A DNA stretch of 41,925 nt, counting the filler, from Nematocida ausubeli (taxonomy: Eukaryota): NCBI RefSeq assembly GCF_000738915.1. It is 17 parts of 15 records of this genome, joined end to end, with 100 filler letters (N's around TTAATTAATTAA, not from the genome) between each part and the next. Parts side by side here need not be neighbours in the genome. Positions count along the whole stretch, not along the records: positions 20,991 to 24,412 come from NW_026515647.1; positions 24,513 to 27,056 come from NW_026515648.1; positions 27,157 to 29,524 come from NW_026515649.1; positions 29,625 to 31,533 come from NW_026515650.1; positions 31,634 to 33,400 come from NW_026515651.1; positions 33,501 to 35,111 come from NW_026515652.1; 11 more parts are not named here. One strand, given 5' to 3'. Numbering within the stretch: the stretch's first letter is position 1; each line of letters opens with the position of its first letter. The position numbers were made by a program, and so were the translations under genes. Below, in pieces: positions 23,801 to 34,240 of the stretch. Below the pieces are notes generated by a model. That model saw only the letters and a list, made by a program, of their open reading frames with translations. It made no database searches and had not been told where the DNA came from.

Positions 23801-24512
23801 TTCAACATTTAATATTTTTGTAACAACGGTTAGTTGATTTTATATTATTTTGAACTGTTGGTCAACAACAAAAAAACATGAAATTACAAACGATAAAATC
23901 AAAAAAAAACATTCTTTTTTCAAATGATATCCCCTTTGTTTCAAGCTCAATCTTTTCCTTATTCTCCTATTATCTACAACAGTCTTTCAAACAGGAGCTT
24001 TTCACGTAAATTCTTCAAGTGACTATGTGTGTATGTGAGTGTATGTCGTCATCAATGTCCACGTCAGTACAGTGCACCCGTCGACCACTTTCTTGTGGCG
24101 GCGGGCATCGGCGCGCGGTGCGAGCATGCAAGATCACTATTAAGACAAACAAAGTGTATGGATTCTTCTTCCCAGCTGGGGAGGCTCCCGAGCAAGAACC
24201 CTCATTACGGGAACGTCGCAAAGTCAAATAGTTGGCAAAGTGGAGAGACGGCAGACATGACGTGGCACCAACCAGCGAAAACACGCAAACGGCGATGATC
24301 CGGAAATGGCAGAAAAAAACGACGAGGAAACGCACATCGCAACAAGACTTTTTTGTAAGGAAATAAGCTTTTACGAAATATGAAACTTTTTTTGGTATAA
24401 GTTGAGCCCGTGNNNNNNNNNNNNNNNNNNNNNNNNNNNNNNNNNNNNNNNNNNNNTTAATTAATTAANNNNNNNNNNNNNNNNNNNNNNNNNNNNNNNN
24501 NNNNNNNNNNNN

Positions 24513-25262
24513 ATTCAGGTAGGGCAGAAAATACCACAAGAGGTTCAGAAAAAATGGAGTAAAATAATTCAGAGTATAGTGGAGGACGATGAAGACATAA
24601 GTTACATAACTGTAGATGATATGCGCATGATACAGCCCGATATATTCAATATTCTCATAATAATGATAAAACTTATAGGAATTGATTATGATGAATATAA
24701 GGAAGAAATACAGGAATATAGAGACAGGCTACAAAATCTAGAACTAACGGATAAGTCTTACAACGAATATCATTTTATACGAGAGATTGAAGACTGTGTA
24801 TATGAGATATTTTCTCAGATAAAAAGAGAATGCCAAAAGGATAAAATACTTGCAGATGGATGCTCTATGCCTTCTATCTTTTCTAAAAATGAAATAATGA
24901 TCTATTATGTGGACTTTGAGGGTTATAATATTCAGATTGTGAATAACGCAAACCATTTGGCTGGGCGCATAACGATTTGTTATAAAACCCTAACCCGAGA
25001 ACAACGAATATGTATTCATTTTGTGTCATCTGAAAAAGTTCATTTAGGAGTTGGTAAATCATATTATTCGGATTATCCTGAGTTACTGAGAGAAATAAAT
25101 AAGATGCCAAAAAACAGCTATAGTATACATGTTCTTTCTGAATATGTAGAAGCCATAAACCCAATCGATCCATATTATGCAAAACGGCACATAATCCCCA
25201 GAATGCATGGAATATTCAGAATGCGCGAATATAACCCGAATAACCCGAATATTTTACAATAG
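24513..25262 (+). CDS. Divergent large-gene-family member, 5'-partial and C-terminally short
   Basis: Frame is open from the contig start. EVQKKWSKIIQSI..ISY..IQPDIFNILIIMIKLIG aligns with EMHKKWSSVVACL..IKY..LFPGVGNIFLVIAEITG of ORF 1223. Confidence 0.65.
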   Translation: MQVGQKIPQEVQKKWSKIIQSIVEDDEDISYITVDDMRMIQPDIFNILIIMIKLIGIDYDEYKEEIQEYRDRLQNLELTDKSYNEYHFIREIEDCVYEIFSQIKRECQKDKILADGCSMPSIFSKNEIMIYYVDFEGYNIQIVNNANHLAGRITICYKTLTREQRICIHFVSSEKVHLGVGKSYYSDYPELLREINKMPKNSYSIHVLSEYVEAINPIDPYYAKRHIIPRMHGIFRMREYNPNNPNILQ

Positions 25263-26118
25263 TCTCGCTCTTAGACAGTAGGTGAACTGCCAGAAGACTT
25301 AACTTGGAAGGGCTCGGATACTCAAAGAATAGCTCATAGATTGTCCATATAACCAGAATACGCACAATTCAACTCTCAGCAGCCTTCTGAATACTACACT
25401 GGTGTTTGCTGTTTGGTAGCTGCTTTACTGAAGTTTTGCTAGTGTTATAGCTAGCTTTTCACCAACCCGAATAATTTATTTTGCTAGTATTGGTTTTGTA
25501 GGAAATTATTTCTGTGCTTAAATAGAGCTTTATGGAGAAGATACACTTGTCTTTTTTCTTTTACTCTATTCAGTTTGCAGAGAATTCTCTGAAATTTTCC
25601 AAGAGCGCAAGATTATTAATAGGAAGGATATTCAATAAATATACTTTACTTTAAAGCATTCTAAATGCAATAGTTGTGTGTTGTTAATGCGAGAAGGTCT
25701 ATTAAGTGAAATATAGAGACATAGTACAGTGTATAACAGATATACTAGCCAGAAAGTGCAGTTAGCGCATAGAGAGTGTCTCTGTCTGTGACTCAGATGG
25801 TCTGTTGTATAATGGCTGACTCAGAAACAGAGCCATCCAAGACAGAAAAGTCACAACTATCCAAGTATGCATGCAGTAGAGTGGAAAGGGAGTGGATATG
25901 CGCAAATACAAGAGGTATACAGCAGAGTACCCTCAGTATAACACACTCTGCACACTCTTCTGTGTATATCCTGTAGTGTGATCTTGACCCGAAATTGTTA
26001 AATACTAATATGCTTTATACAAGTATATAGAGAAGTAACAGAGTATTAATATTAATATAAAAATAAAAATGATCTTTAGATATACAATATATTCGGGTGC
26101 AAAAATGCAATAAATAGA

Positions 26119-26595
26119 ATGAGAGTGGATTCTAAAGAAGAGATAACCCTAATGTGGCAGTGCCCGAATAACATACGGTTATTATTCAGTGTTCTCTGCG
26201 GGATAACAGTATATTCATTAATAGAGTATCTATGGGAGGCATTTCATCAAAGATACCCTGGCATACCCACTGCAATAAAGACAGGCACTAAGACAAAAAG
26301 TGCAGAAAAGGAAGGAGTGCCTAATAATAGCCTCAATAATGCATTAGAAGACCCTGCAGAGATGAGTATGGCAGAGAAAACAGAAGAAAAGAGTGCCACT
26401 GGAAAAGAAGAGTCTATAAGTGGTGCACTTTCCAATTCTCAAATACAGGGCCCGAAGACCGCTGATATAGCAGGAATAGCCCAATACAGCCCGAAATTAG
26501 AAGAACACTATAAAATCGGCATAGAGTGTTTAAAAAGAACAGAAGATGCCGGAAGCAAAGCACAGCTAAAGCACAGGCGCAATAAGTCGCAGTAA
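26119..26595 (+). CDS. Hypothetical protein with N-terminal hydrophobic segment
   Basis: 158-aa ATG ORF after an AT-rich leader. LLFSVLCGITVYSLIEYLW is followed by a hydrophilic tail. Confidence 0.55.
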   Translation: MRVDSKEEITLMWQCPNNIRLLFSVLCGITVYSLIEYLWEAFHQRYPGIPTAIKTGTKTKSAEKEGVPNNSLNNALEDPAEMSMAEKTEEKSATGKEESISGALSNSQIQGPKTADIAGIAQYSPKLEEHYKIGIECLKRTEDAGSKAQLKHRRNKSQ

Positions 26596-26721
26596 ACCCA
26601 GACATCTGCAGGCCATACAAATAAACTCTCTTGACAATAACTCTTTATATTATACTACTGTCCCTGGCTGGAGCACTGTCCCTTTTCAGCACGCCAATTA
26701 AGTTTGTCTGTGGTGCATAGT

Positions 26722-27056
26722 ATGCTAGAGCAAAAACAGAAAAAATTGCATGCTGTTTGCACCGAGTGCAGTAGGGCTGTACTCAGTTATCTAGCAACAC
26801 TATGCACTCTCTGCCTGGCAGCTATATGCCTACTAGCAGTTCGCGTGTCTAGAAGGAGTGCTCGAGCACGCTCTGGCAGGCCCACTTCTGCAAAGGCAGC
26901 TAGAAGGACAGAAAGACCCAATACACACATAGAAAGTACATTAGAGGGTCAGAAAGAGACCAGAGAGGAGAGTATCAGTGAGATGGAAGAACCGTATAAA
27001 ACAGATGTCACTAACAGCATAACCACTGCGAAGGACGTGTGTGCATGCGATATACA
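26722..27056 (+). CDS. N-terminal part of a ~380-aa membrane/secreted family protein that continues at 39526
   Basis: Hydrophobic LATLCTLCLAAICLLAV. The last 40 nt (27017-27056) are identical to 39526-39565 and in frame. Confidence 0.8.
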
Positions 27057-27161
27057 NNNNNNNNNNNNNNNNNNNNNNNNNNNNNNNNNNNNNNNNNNNN
27101 TTAATTAATTAANNNNNNNNNNNNNNNNNNNNNNNNNNNNNNNNNNNNNNNNNNNNACTTT

Positions 27162-29252
27162 ATGTCAAGGAAGAAAAGACCAAATGATTCACAGCCCATG
27201 GATGCACCCCACCAGACCAAAAGAACAATTTACACCCATTGTGTGAATCTCTCAACAGATCTACTATATCTTGAGCCGGTTGCAGATGTTGTTCCTGTTC
27301 CAATGAAGATGAACAGTTTACTGTCTCTTTGTTTAAAGACTATGGGACTGTGTCTGCCTGCTGGGGAGAATTCCATTAATAATGGTATTTTAGAGCCCAT
27401 TGCAGGATTTACTGACTATTGCGAGACTGTGCTACTGGGCCTGTTCTGTACTATTGCGTATAACCCAAAGGAGAATATATTCACAGTTGACCACATAAAG
27501 TCTGCCTCTAAGCAGCTGAAAAGCTTTTTCCGAAAACACAAATACATGTATGGAGCAGTGACAGAGGAAATGCACGATGAGTGGAACCAAGTAATGGGGT
27601 GTCTATCAGATCCAAACATACAATATATGCGGCCAGACAGAAACCAGCTTGTGCCAGGAATAGTAAACATGCTGTATGTCATTAAAGAGATAGCAGGAGT
27701 GGGTGATACAGTGCAGATAGATGAGTTTAGAGAAAGACTAAAGAGGATAGAGGAGGAGCAGAAGGTCCAGGAAGTAAAACTTATTTATAGAAAACTTACA
27801 AAAGATGCAAACAATACAGAAGAAAAGAAAAATGAAATGAAATTACAAATATTAGGCGTGATTGATGTGAAAAGACTGAATAAAATAAGGGTCCTTGATG
27901 AGAAACTTAGAAAAGAAAAAAACAGAAAAGAAGCAGATGAAATCAAGCGAGAGATACACGAACTAATGGATATTGACTTGTTATATAAAAGTTATACTGA
28001 GCAAGAGGAGGTGCTGAAAACTGAACTAGAAAACAATATAAAAGAATATCTGACAGAAGTAATTACGAAAATTGCAATAGCTAAGGATGTCACTATTTCA
28101 ATAGATTTCATGTTTAAAAAGACTGTTAAAGAAAGCTGTAGCGATGCATTTGCCGATTTAACCATACTTTATGGACATGCATCTTATCACCATTCTTTTA
28201 ACGCTTTTTTTAGGTATAGCCCAAAAGTGATAGAAGTGAATTTTAGCATCACTTCTAATGGAATTGATGCGCCATGTCCAGTGGAGAACAAAATATCGGG
28301 GATATTTGAGAGAAAAGCGCCTATTCTAGAAATATATGAATTAGAGCGCAGTAGATATTATAAACCAACAAAGATGAAACAGGGCACACTTTTCTATGTG
28401 GATATAACCCGAGATTTGGACATAAATCTGCTTGATATTCTAATGCACATTCCAAAACACAAAATATATATTATATGGGCTCTGCTGCTACATGCAATAG
28501 ACAGAAATCTTGACAGCGGCCACCCTTTTGTGCGCCTGGCAGATAACCTCCTGGAGAGTGCTCGCTTCATGTATATCGACCAAAAGAATGAAATGTTTAT
28601 GCTGCTTAGCCTCATCTCAGTAGACAAGTACTATCCGCACATAACCATAGACGAGCATGCGTATGGAAATGAAGAATATTTTGCAGAAGTAATAGAGAAT
28701 CTATTGGAGTTGGCAAACAGTGCAACACTTGTGTCCCGCAAAGTGTGTGCTGATATAATAACTAAACTAATGATTAAGTTGTTGAGGACTTTCCGGAGAG
28801 ATAATGAATATTCAGAATTGAAGTGTTTTGCTAGAAGGCTCAATAATAGACCCGAAGCAAAATCTTTATTTGTCAAGATTTTGACACTGGATGGAACCAC
28901 CGTGGAGTATATTGCTAGAATTGTTCAATCTACGCAGGGAATGGGAGATGAAGACCCCGCTGATGGTTGTAAGGGATACATTAATGTGTTTTTGATGTGG
29001 ATTATTCAGAATACAATTGAATCTAAATGTAATTACTGGCAGGCTATAGTAAAAGGATGCTATGACTTAATTGACATAACAGAACTCAGAAAGAGAAATT
29101 TTAGTGATCTTTCTTCTTTATTCGGTCGTGCTACAGGTCTATTACCCGTGTTTAGATTCATAAAACCTATAGTGTGCGTTGAGCATGATGCAGAGAGCGT
29201 GGAAAGGTTTGGATCAATCAAAGAGCTATTTAATGAACTTGTGCATTGGTAA
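27162..29252 (+). CDS. Large-gene-family relative (696 aa) with charged coiled-coil insert; may be 5'-partial
   Basis: FTDYCETVLLGLFCTIAYN, EMHDEW, NQLVPGIVN and HPFVRLADNLLES match motifs in ORF 1223. The ATG is only 5 nt from the contig start. Confidence 0.85.
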   Translation: MSRKKRPNDSQPMDAPHQTKRTIYTHCVNLSTDLLYLEPVADVVPVPMKMNSLLSLCLKTMGLCLPAGENSINNGILEPIAGFTDYCETVLLGLFCTIAYNPKENIFTVDHIKSASKQLKSFFRKHKYMYGAVTEEMHDEWNQVMGCLSDPNIQYMRPDRNQLVPGIVNMLYVIKEIAGVGDTVQIDEFRERLKRIEEEQKVQEVKLIYRKLTKDANNTEEKKNEMKLQILGVIDVKRLNKIRVLDEKLRKEKNRKEADEIKREIHELMDIDLLYKSYTEQEEVLKTELENNIKEYLTEVITKIAIAKDVTISIDFMFKKTVKESCSDAFADLTILYGHASYHHSFNAFFRYSPKVIEVNFSITSNGIDAPCPVENKISGIFERKAPILEIYELERSRYYKPTKMKQGTLFYVDITRDLDINLLDILMHIPKHKIYIIWALLLHAIDRNLDSGHPFVRLADNLLESARFMYIDQKNEMFMLLSLISVDKYYPHITIDEHAYGNEEYFAEVIENLLELANSATLVSRKVCADIITKLMIKLLRTFRRDNEYSELKCFARRLNNRPEAKSLFVKILTLDGTTVEYIARIVQSTQGMGDEDPADGCKGYINVFLMWIIQNTIESKCNYWQAIVKGCYDLIDITELRKRNFSDLSSLFGRATGLLPVFRFIKPIVCVEHDAESVERFGSIKELFNELVHW

Positions 29253-29626
29253 GAAAACTTTAATAAAGCTATTTAAAATTTGTGTGTTAAAACTTGCTGC
29301 ATGTGAGTCTGTATAAATAGGCTGTTTTAAATATATTCTCTAAGAGAGCAGTAAGGAGCAGTAAATATAATTGTGATACAGCTAGCTTAGCTATACATAG
29401 CCATACTGTTAGTTGTTCACTATATGTTTGCTAAGTATAAAATATTTTAATTCTAGCTGTGCTATGTGAAGAAGCTTTGCACAAAGTACTTTAGCTTTAA
29501 TTCTTTAGAAATAGTAGAGAAAAANNNNNNNNNNNNNNNNNNNNNNNNNNNNNNNNNNNNNNNNNNNNTTAATTAATTAANNNNNNNNNNNNNNNNNNNN
29601 NNNNNNNNNNNNNNNNNNNNNNNNAG

Positions 29627-29782
29627 CCGGCGATGGGACCGGCGGAGATCAAGCGCGCCAAGGCGATGCTCGCAGACCCGACCATCGCCGTCGAGGAGGT
29701 GGCAGCGCAGCTCGGGGTGCAGCCGTCGACGCTCTACCGGCACATACCGGGTGGGCGCAGCTCGGTGGTCGCGCAGGTGTAA
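29627..29782 (+). CDS. Serine recombinase (resolvase) C-terminal HTH, 5'-partial, bacterial
   Basis: Manual translation: PAMGPAEIKRAKAMLADPTIAVEEVAAQLGVQPSTLYRHIPGGRSSVVAQV*. Confidence 0.8.
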   Translation, partial: PAMGPAEIKRAKAMLADPTIAVEEVAAQLGVQPSTLYRHIPGGRSSVVAQV

Positions 29783-29850
29783 TGGAGGCCGTCATTGTCG
29801 GCCGCGTCTTTCTTCCACCCACCCAACCCTTGGGGCTTGGCCCACGGCCC

Positions 29851-29852
29851 GG

Positions 29853-29884
<32 letters not shown>
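29851..29884. repeat. (GGCA)8 tetranucleotide repeat
   Basis: Directly visible between two convergent genes. Confidence 0.95.
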
Positions 29885-29885
<1 letters not shown>

Positions 29886-29894
29886 GATCGTCGA

Positions 29895-30347
29895 TCAGGC
29901 GAACAGGTCGCCGATCGCGCGCACCCGGAAGGCGTTGCGCCGGCGGCGCCGGCGATGCTCGCCAGCGTCGTGGCGCATATGGCACCGCTGGCAGAGCGCA
30001 GCGAGGTTGCGCGGTCGGTTGTCGCCGGGATCGTGGTTCAGGTGCGCGCTGGCGAGCACGACGCGCGTGACCCGCAGCGAGGCGGGCGGGTCGATGCCGG
30101 CGAAGCCCGGTTGCGCGCGTGCCAGCTCCATCGGTGCGGGCAGACGGCGAACCCCCCTGCCCTGCCCGTCGCGCCAGCGTGCGGCGTCCTCGTCCCACCA
30201 CACCCCATCGCCGAGATGCAGCACGTAGCGGCCGTGCGGGCGACGGCAATGCTCGCAGCGCCCCTTGGCGCGGCCGAAGCGGATAAAGGCCGACAGCTCG
30301 CGCCAGTCGATCGGGTAAAGCCAGCGATGTTCGCGCGCGATCGGCAT
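29895..30347 (-). CDS. HNH-like Zn-finger protein (alphaproteobacterial plasmid type)
   Basis: MPI..YPIDW..CEHC...VLASAHLNHDPGDNRPRNLAALCQRCH: two CxxC pairs around an H-N-H motif. Confidence 0.8.
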   Translation of the reverse strand: MPIAREHRWLYPIDWRELSAFIRFGRAKGRCEHCRRPHGRYVLHLGDGVWWDEDAARWRDGQGRGVRRLPAPMELARAQPGFAGIDPPASLRVTRVVLASAHLNHDPGDNRPRNLAALCQRCHMRHDAGEHRRRRRRNAFRVRAIGDLFA

Positions 30348-30464
30348 GACGATTCTATGAGTCACGACCGAGCGGAACGAAAGCAGAAAATTCGCTGTAT
30401 TTATCTATCCAGCGGCAAGCGCCTATCATGTGATCCTGCACGTAGGTTTTGCTTGGGAGGTTCT

Positions 30465-30638
30465 ATGACGACTCTCACCCGCAAGTGGCGGGCGTTTGAT
30501 CGAACCGTTGAAGAAGTGCGCGCCAAATTCGCGGACTTGTCGCCGGCGAAGCTGGAAGCCCTGATCGATGAGGCCGTTGCGGCGACGCGTCAATCCGCCG
30601 AGCGAGAAGGCGGGCGTCTCCCCCCTTCCCTATCATAG
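30465..30638 (+). CDS. 57-aa protein resembling the C-terminal half of an RHH/CopG-family protein
   Basis: GGGAGG RBS at 30455-30460. Sequence KWRAFDRTVEEVRAKFADLSPAKLEALIDEAVAATR. Confidence 0.55.
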   Translation: MTTLTRKWRAFDRTVEEVRAKFADLSPAKLEALIDEAVAATRQSAEREGGRLPPSLS

Positions 30639-30704
30639 CGCGTCCGGGCTGCCTCTATCCCGCTGGCTTTGCAGCCCGGCCACGCTGTTCCGTTCGTTTA
30701 TCCA

Positions 30705-31034
30705 TCACTGAACCACTTCGATGCCCTTGCGGCGGATGACATTCAGCAGCGCGAGCGCCGGTCCCTTGGCTTGCTTGGTGCCCCGTTCGAGCTGCGAAAC
30801 ATAACCCGTCGTAAGGTTCAGGTATTTGGCGAGCGCGGCCTGACTCAAATGCGCCTCTTCGCGCACGCCGCGAATTTCATCGGGCGTGATCGGCGCGGCC
30901 GTAGGCGGCGCATCCGGCCCCAGGTGGCGGACGGTGATCTTCCGATAGGTGTCATCGCCCATCAGACCAACGCTGTGCATGTCGTCGGCCGTCTCGAGGA
31001 GCGCCTCGGTCAGCGTGCTAAGCGTCTTCGCCAT
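30705..31034 (-). CDS. Xre-family HTH antitoxin (HigA-like)
   Basis: EIRGVREEAHLSQAALAKYLNLTTGYVSQLERGTKQAKGPALALL. Overlaps the 3' end of the toxin gene. Confidence 0.9.
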   Translation of the reverse strand: MAKTLSTLTEALLETADDMHSVGLMGDDTYRKITVRHLGPDAPPTAAPITPDEIRGVREEAHLSQAALAKYLNLTTGYVSQLERGTKQAKGPALALLNVIRRKGIEVVQ

Positions 31035-31398
31035 TCTCAATCTCCTGTAGCTTGCCGATGCTCACGGCTTCATCAAGGGCGGTGTCGTCGTTCGCCAGGA
31101 ACTCGGCGGCGATGTCCCGCAAGGTCTGCAATTCGTCGTCATCGATGTTCTCCCGCTCGCTCTTGGCAAAGCCGTAGAGGAAAAACGCCCGATCCTCCGT
31201 CCGATAGGCCACGATCATGCGAAACCCGCCCGATCGTCCCTGCCCTGGTCGCGCGACGCGCTGCTTGATGAGGCCGCCACCCAGATCGGCGTCGATAAGC
31301 CCACGCTCGGCTCGCTCGATCGCCTCCTTCAAATCCGCGTCACTAATTCGTTCACGTCGGACGAACCGCGCGACCCATTTGGTTTTGAAAATCCGCAC
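31018..31398 (-). CDS. Type II TA RelE/ParE-family toxin (HigB-like, toxin-first order)
   Basis: RIFKTKW..IDADLGGGLIKQRVARPGQGRSGGFR..FFLYGFAKSERENI. Confidence 0.92.
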   Translation of the reverse strand: MRIFKTKWVARFVRRERISDADLKEAIERAERGLIDADLGGGLIKQRVARPGQGRSGGFRMIVAYRTEDRAFFLYGFAKSERENIDDDELQTLRDIAAEFLANDDTALDEAVSIGKLQEIENGEDA

Positions 31399-31407
31399 GG
31401 CATCGTC

Positions 31408-31428
31408 CTATAATACCCAGAACTATAG
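31408..31428 (-). promoter_or_regulatory. Putative TA operator palindrome
   Basis: CTATA-N11-TATAG inverted repeat immediately upstream of the toxin start. Confidence 0.45.
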
Positions 31429-31633
31429 CACACAGGCAGACACTTTCAACCCGCTTAAGCGATGGTGCGCCTACCGCTTCGCGGCACCGTGGCTCCTACC
31501 CGCTTCGCTCCCCGAGTCCGCGAGCGGTCTCGGNNNNNNNNNNNNNNNNNNNNNNNNNNNNNNNNNNNNNNNNNNNNTTAATTAATTAANNNNNNNNNNN
31601 NNNNNNNNNNNNNNNNNNNNNNNNNNNNNNNNN

Positions 31634-31851
31634 AATCTTTTGTTGTACATGCACTCCATTTTCTGGTATATGTATCCACGGAGGAAGTTAAGAGGGCCAT
31701 CTGGATTTATCACCATTTGAGAAGAATTCGTTTCAATTTCAAACTGCAGAGTGGTCTCCACTTCGTCTAATGTCATGTCTGCTCGGTGGGTGTTCATCAG
31801 TAGAACACTGATTAAAGCAACTGCCTTGATCCAAATAACCGAAAAAATCAT
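31634..31851 (-). CDS. Large-gene-family secreted protein, N-terminus only
   Basis: Signal peptide plus INPDGPLNFLRGYIYQKMECMYNKR. Cut by the gap. Confidence 0.85.
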
Positions 31852-32670
31852 TTTATAAATAGAATAAATTATTTTTTTAATATATAGTAACGGATAAATT
31901 TGAGAAAGTTTTATATGCTATTTCTATTGGTTTTCGGATTATATACGTTGATCAATAGTTTTCACTGGATATTATCCAATAATATGTATATACGTATGTT
32001 TAACCTGTTGCTATGCCCAAAAACACGTGATATTTCAGCAAACACATAATTTGTGTTATATATGTGCAAAAACGTAACTAAAGTTACAGCTAATAGAGCT
32101 GATTTACCCTCCTAGAAATGTTAGACTCGTTCATACAAATTTGAATATAGTTTATTTTTCATCCTCTATTTATAGACCTCTATGAAAAGTCTATCAAAGC
32201 GATACCACGCAAGTTAGATAACTTAAGGCAAATGAAAATATATTTCATTTGTTGAATCACTCAATGGTAGATGTGTAAACAAGTGGAGCCCTTTGTAGCA
32301 TGTTGGCCTACCGACAAAACTTAGAAGACAATGACTAGCATCAGTTTATATTGCTGATATGATGAAGAGGTTTATTTCTCTAAAAAAGAGAAATCAATAC
32401 TTAGTAGTAACCTATAGAAAGAAATCGACAGAATATATGAATGATGCTTTGCTAAACACAATACCCTATATTTTAGAAATCAGTCTTCTCTAGACGAAAT
32501 ATCACTTGTTTTTGGAGATGCCAATAGTTTAAATACGTATATTCGGGTTCGGGTTATATCCAGTGAAAACTATTGATAATAGTATATAATCCGAAAACCA
32601 ATAGAAATATCATATAAAACCACCTTAAATTTATCGGTTAATATATATTAAAAATGATTTATTTTATTTA

Positions 32671-33400
32671 ATGAAAATAGGTTCTTCCGCTATTTGGATC
32701 AAGGCAGTTACCTTAATTGGAATTCTACTTATGAGCATCTGCAGGGCAGACATGACATTGGATGAAGTGGAGGCCACTCTGCAGTTTAAAATTGAAACTG
32801 ATGCATTGTCAGTGACAATAAACCCGGATGGTCCTCTTAACTTCCTCCGGGGGTACATATACCAGAAAATGGAGTGCATGTACAACAAAAGATTCTTTGC
32901 ACCAGAAATCAATACAAAGTACAGTTTAGAGGAAGATCCAAAATATTTTCAAAAGTATATACACATTCGAGATGAACAAAAGGACAGAGCGTATACAGCA
33001 CTATCTGCTAGTGAAATGGATATGTACGCTGAGAAGTACCATAATCATCTGATTGAGTTATTTCCATCACCAACTGGGGACATAACCATAGAGACACGAG
33101 GAAATCAGTCCTTTGTTCAGTTCCTTCGTGCAGAGGAAACAGAGAAGCACTCTTTAAAAATTCTGGCTATGTTGCTTCTTTTCTCAGAGGGGGTGAAAAT
33201 TCCTATTAAAGTCAATAACACAGTACTTGAAGTGTATGAAACAGATAAAAAAGACCAAATATACTTTGAAGTGCCCATGGTTATTCCATGGCTAGACCCC
33301 GTAATCAATAAGACAAATGATTACCAACAGAAGAAAGTTAAGCAGCTAATCAGCTTCTTCCAGAAGAATGCAACCAATCAAAAAGTACTTAGCATGATGG
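32671..33400 (+). CDS. Large-gene-family secreted protein, 3'-partial
   Basis: Signal peptide, INPDGPLNFLRGYI, MYNKRFFAPEI, LIELFPS, FLRA and LLLFSEGV align with ORF 1223. Confidence 0.9.
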
Positions 33401-33500
33401 NNNNNNNNNNNNNNNNNNNNNNNNNNNNNNNNNNNNNNNNNNNNTTAATTAATTAANNNNNNNNNNNNNNNNNNNNNNNNNNNNNNNNNNNNNNNNNNNN

Positions 33501-33859
33501 ACATAGGGCACGTAGCCCATGACGGTCGAATGCACCGAATTGTCGGGCATCCGGAGGTTCACCTTCTTGAGATTGTCGAGCGCCACCCAGTCCCAGAGCG
33601 AGGACAGGATTCGCATCGAGATCAGCTGAAAGTTGTTCTCGTTGAGGCGGACCGAGAGGATGATCGTGTAGGCGATCAGGAAGGTCCCGAGCCAGATGAG
33701 GATGGGCATCTTCGCGCCCTGCAGCCACATCCGGACGGAGGCATCGAGCAGCTGCGAGCCGCGGGTGAAATTGCCCGAGTTGCGAGGCCGTACGCCACGC
33801 GCGGAGGCGTGCGCCAGATGGACCGGACGGCCATCGTTGCGGATGTCAGCCCTGGCCAT
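33501..33859 (-). CDS. traD: Type IV coupling protein TraD/TrwB-type, N-terminus (partial)
   Basis: GNFTRGSQL motif followed by a transmembrane segment. Lies downstream of an RHH gene. Confidence 0.7.
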
Positions 33860-34136
33860 GGAACCGCCGCATCCGGTTGTCGGTGGAGGTGATGATGCGG
33901 TCGCGGAAATCCGGGAACTGCTCGGTGATGATCGTGTCGAGCGCGAGCTGCGAATACTCGCCGACGCGGATCAGCCGAAGCTGGCTGTCGGTTAGCAGGC
34001 TTTGGCCGAGGAGGTACTGATCTATCGCCGCCCGAACGACATCCGCGACCGAGCGACCCTGATTAGATGCAAGCTCGGCAACGCGACCATATTGTCGCGC
34101 GTCGAAGCGCATCGTTCTTTGATGGGAGATACTCAA
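33846..34136 (-). CDS. Ribbon-helix-helix relaxosome accessory protein (CopG/TrwA-like)
   Basis: RTMRFD..QYGRVAELASNQGRSVADVVRAAIDQYL. Overlaps the traD start. Confidence 0.75.
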   Translation of the reverse strand: MSISHQRTMRFDARQYGRVAELASNQGRSVADVVRAAIDQYLLGQSLLTDSQLRLIRVGEYSQLALDTIITEQFPDFRDRIITSTDNRMRRFHGQG

Positions 34137-34240
34137 CCAAGCCTCCTTGCAGAGAGGCTGGTGGGGTCTAAAATCGCCGTCATCCTGCTACACCAGGCTC
34201 GACGCGTGTTCAAGATGTAATCGACGCCTCTATATGGAAC

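Noticed and set aside
21820..24335. Short ORFs in the nematode contig
   Set aside because: No recognisable motifs or consistent splice model.
29751..30464. 295-aa plus-strand ORF running through the (GGCA)n tract as a phase-variable gene
   Set aside because: It overlaps the resolvase end and is antisense to the HNH-like gene; only its last 57 codons have an RBS and look real.
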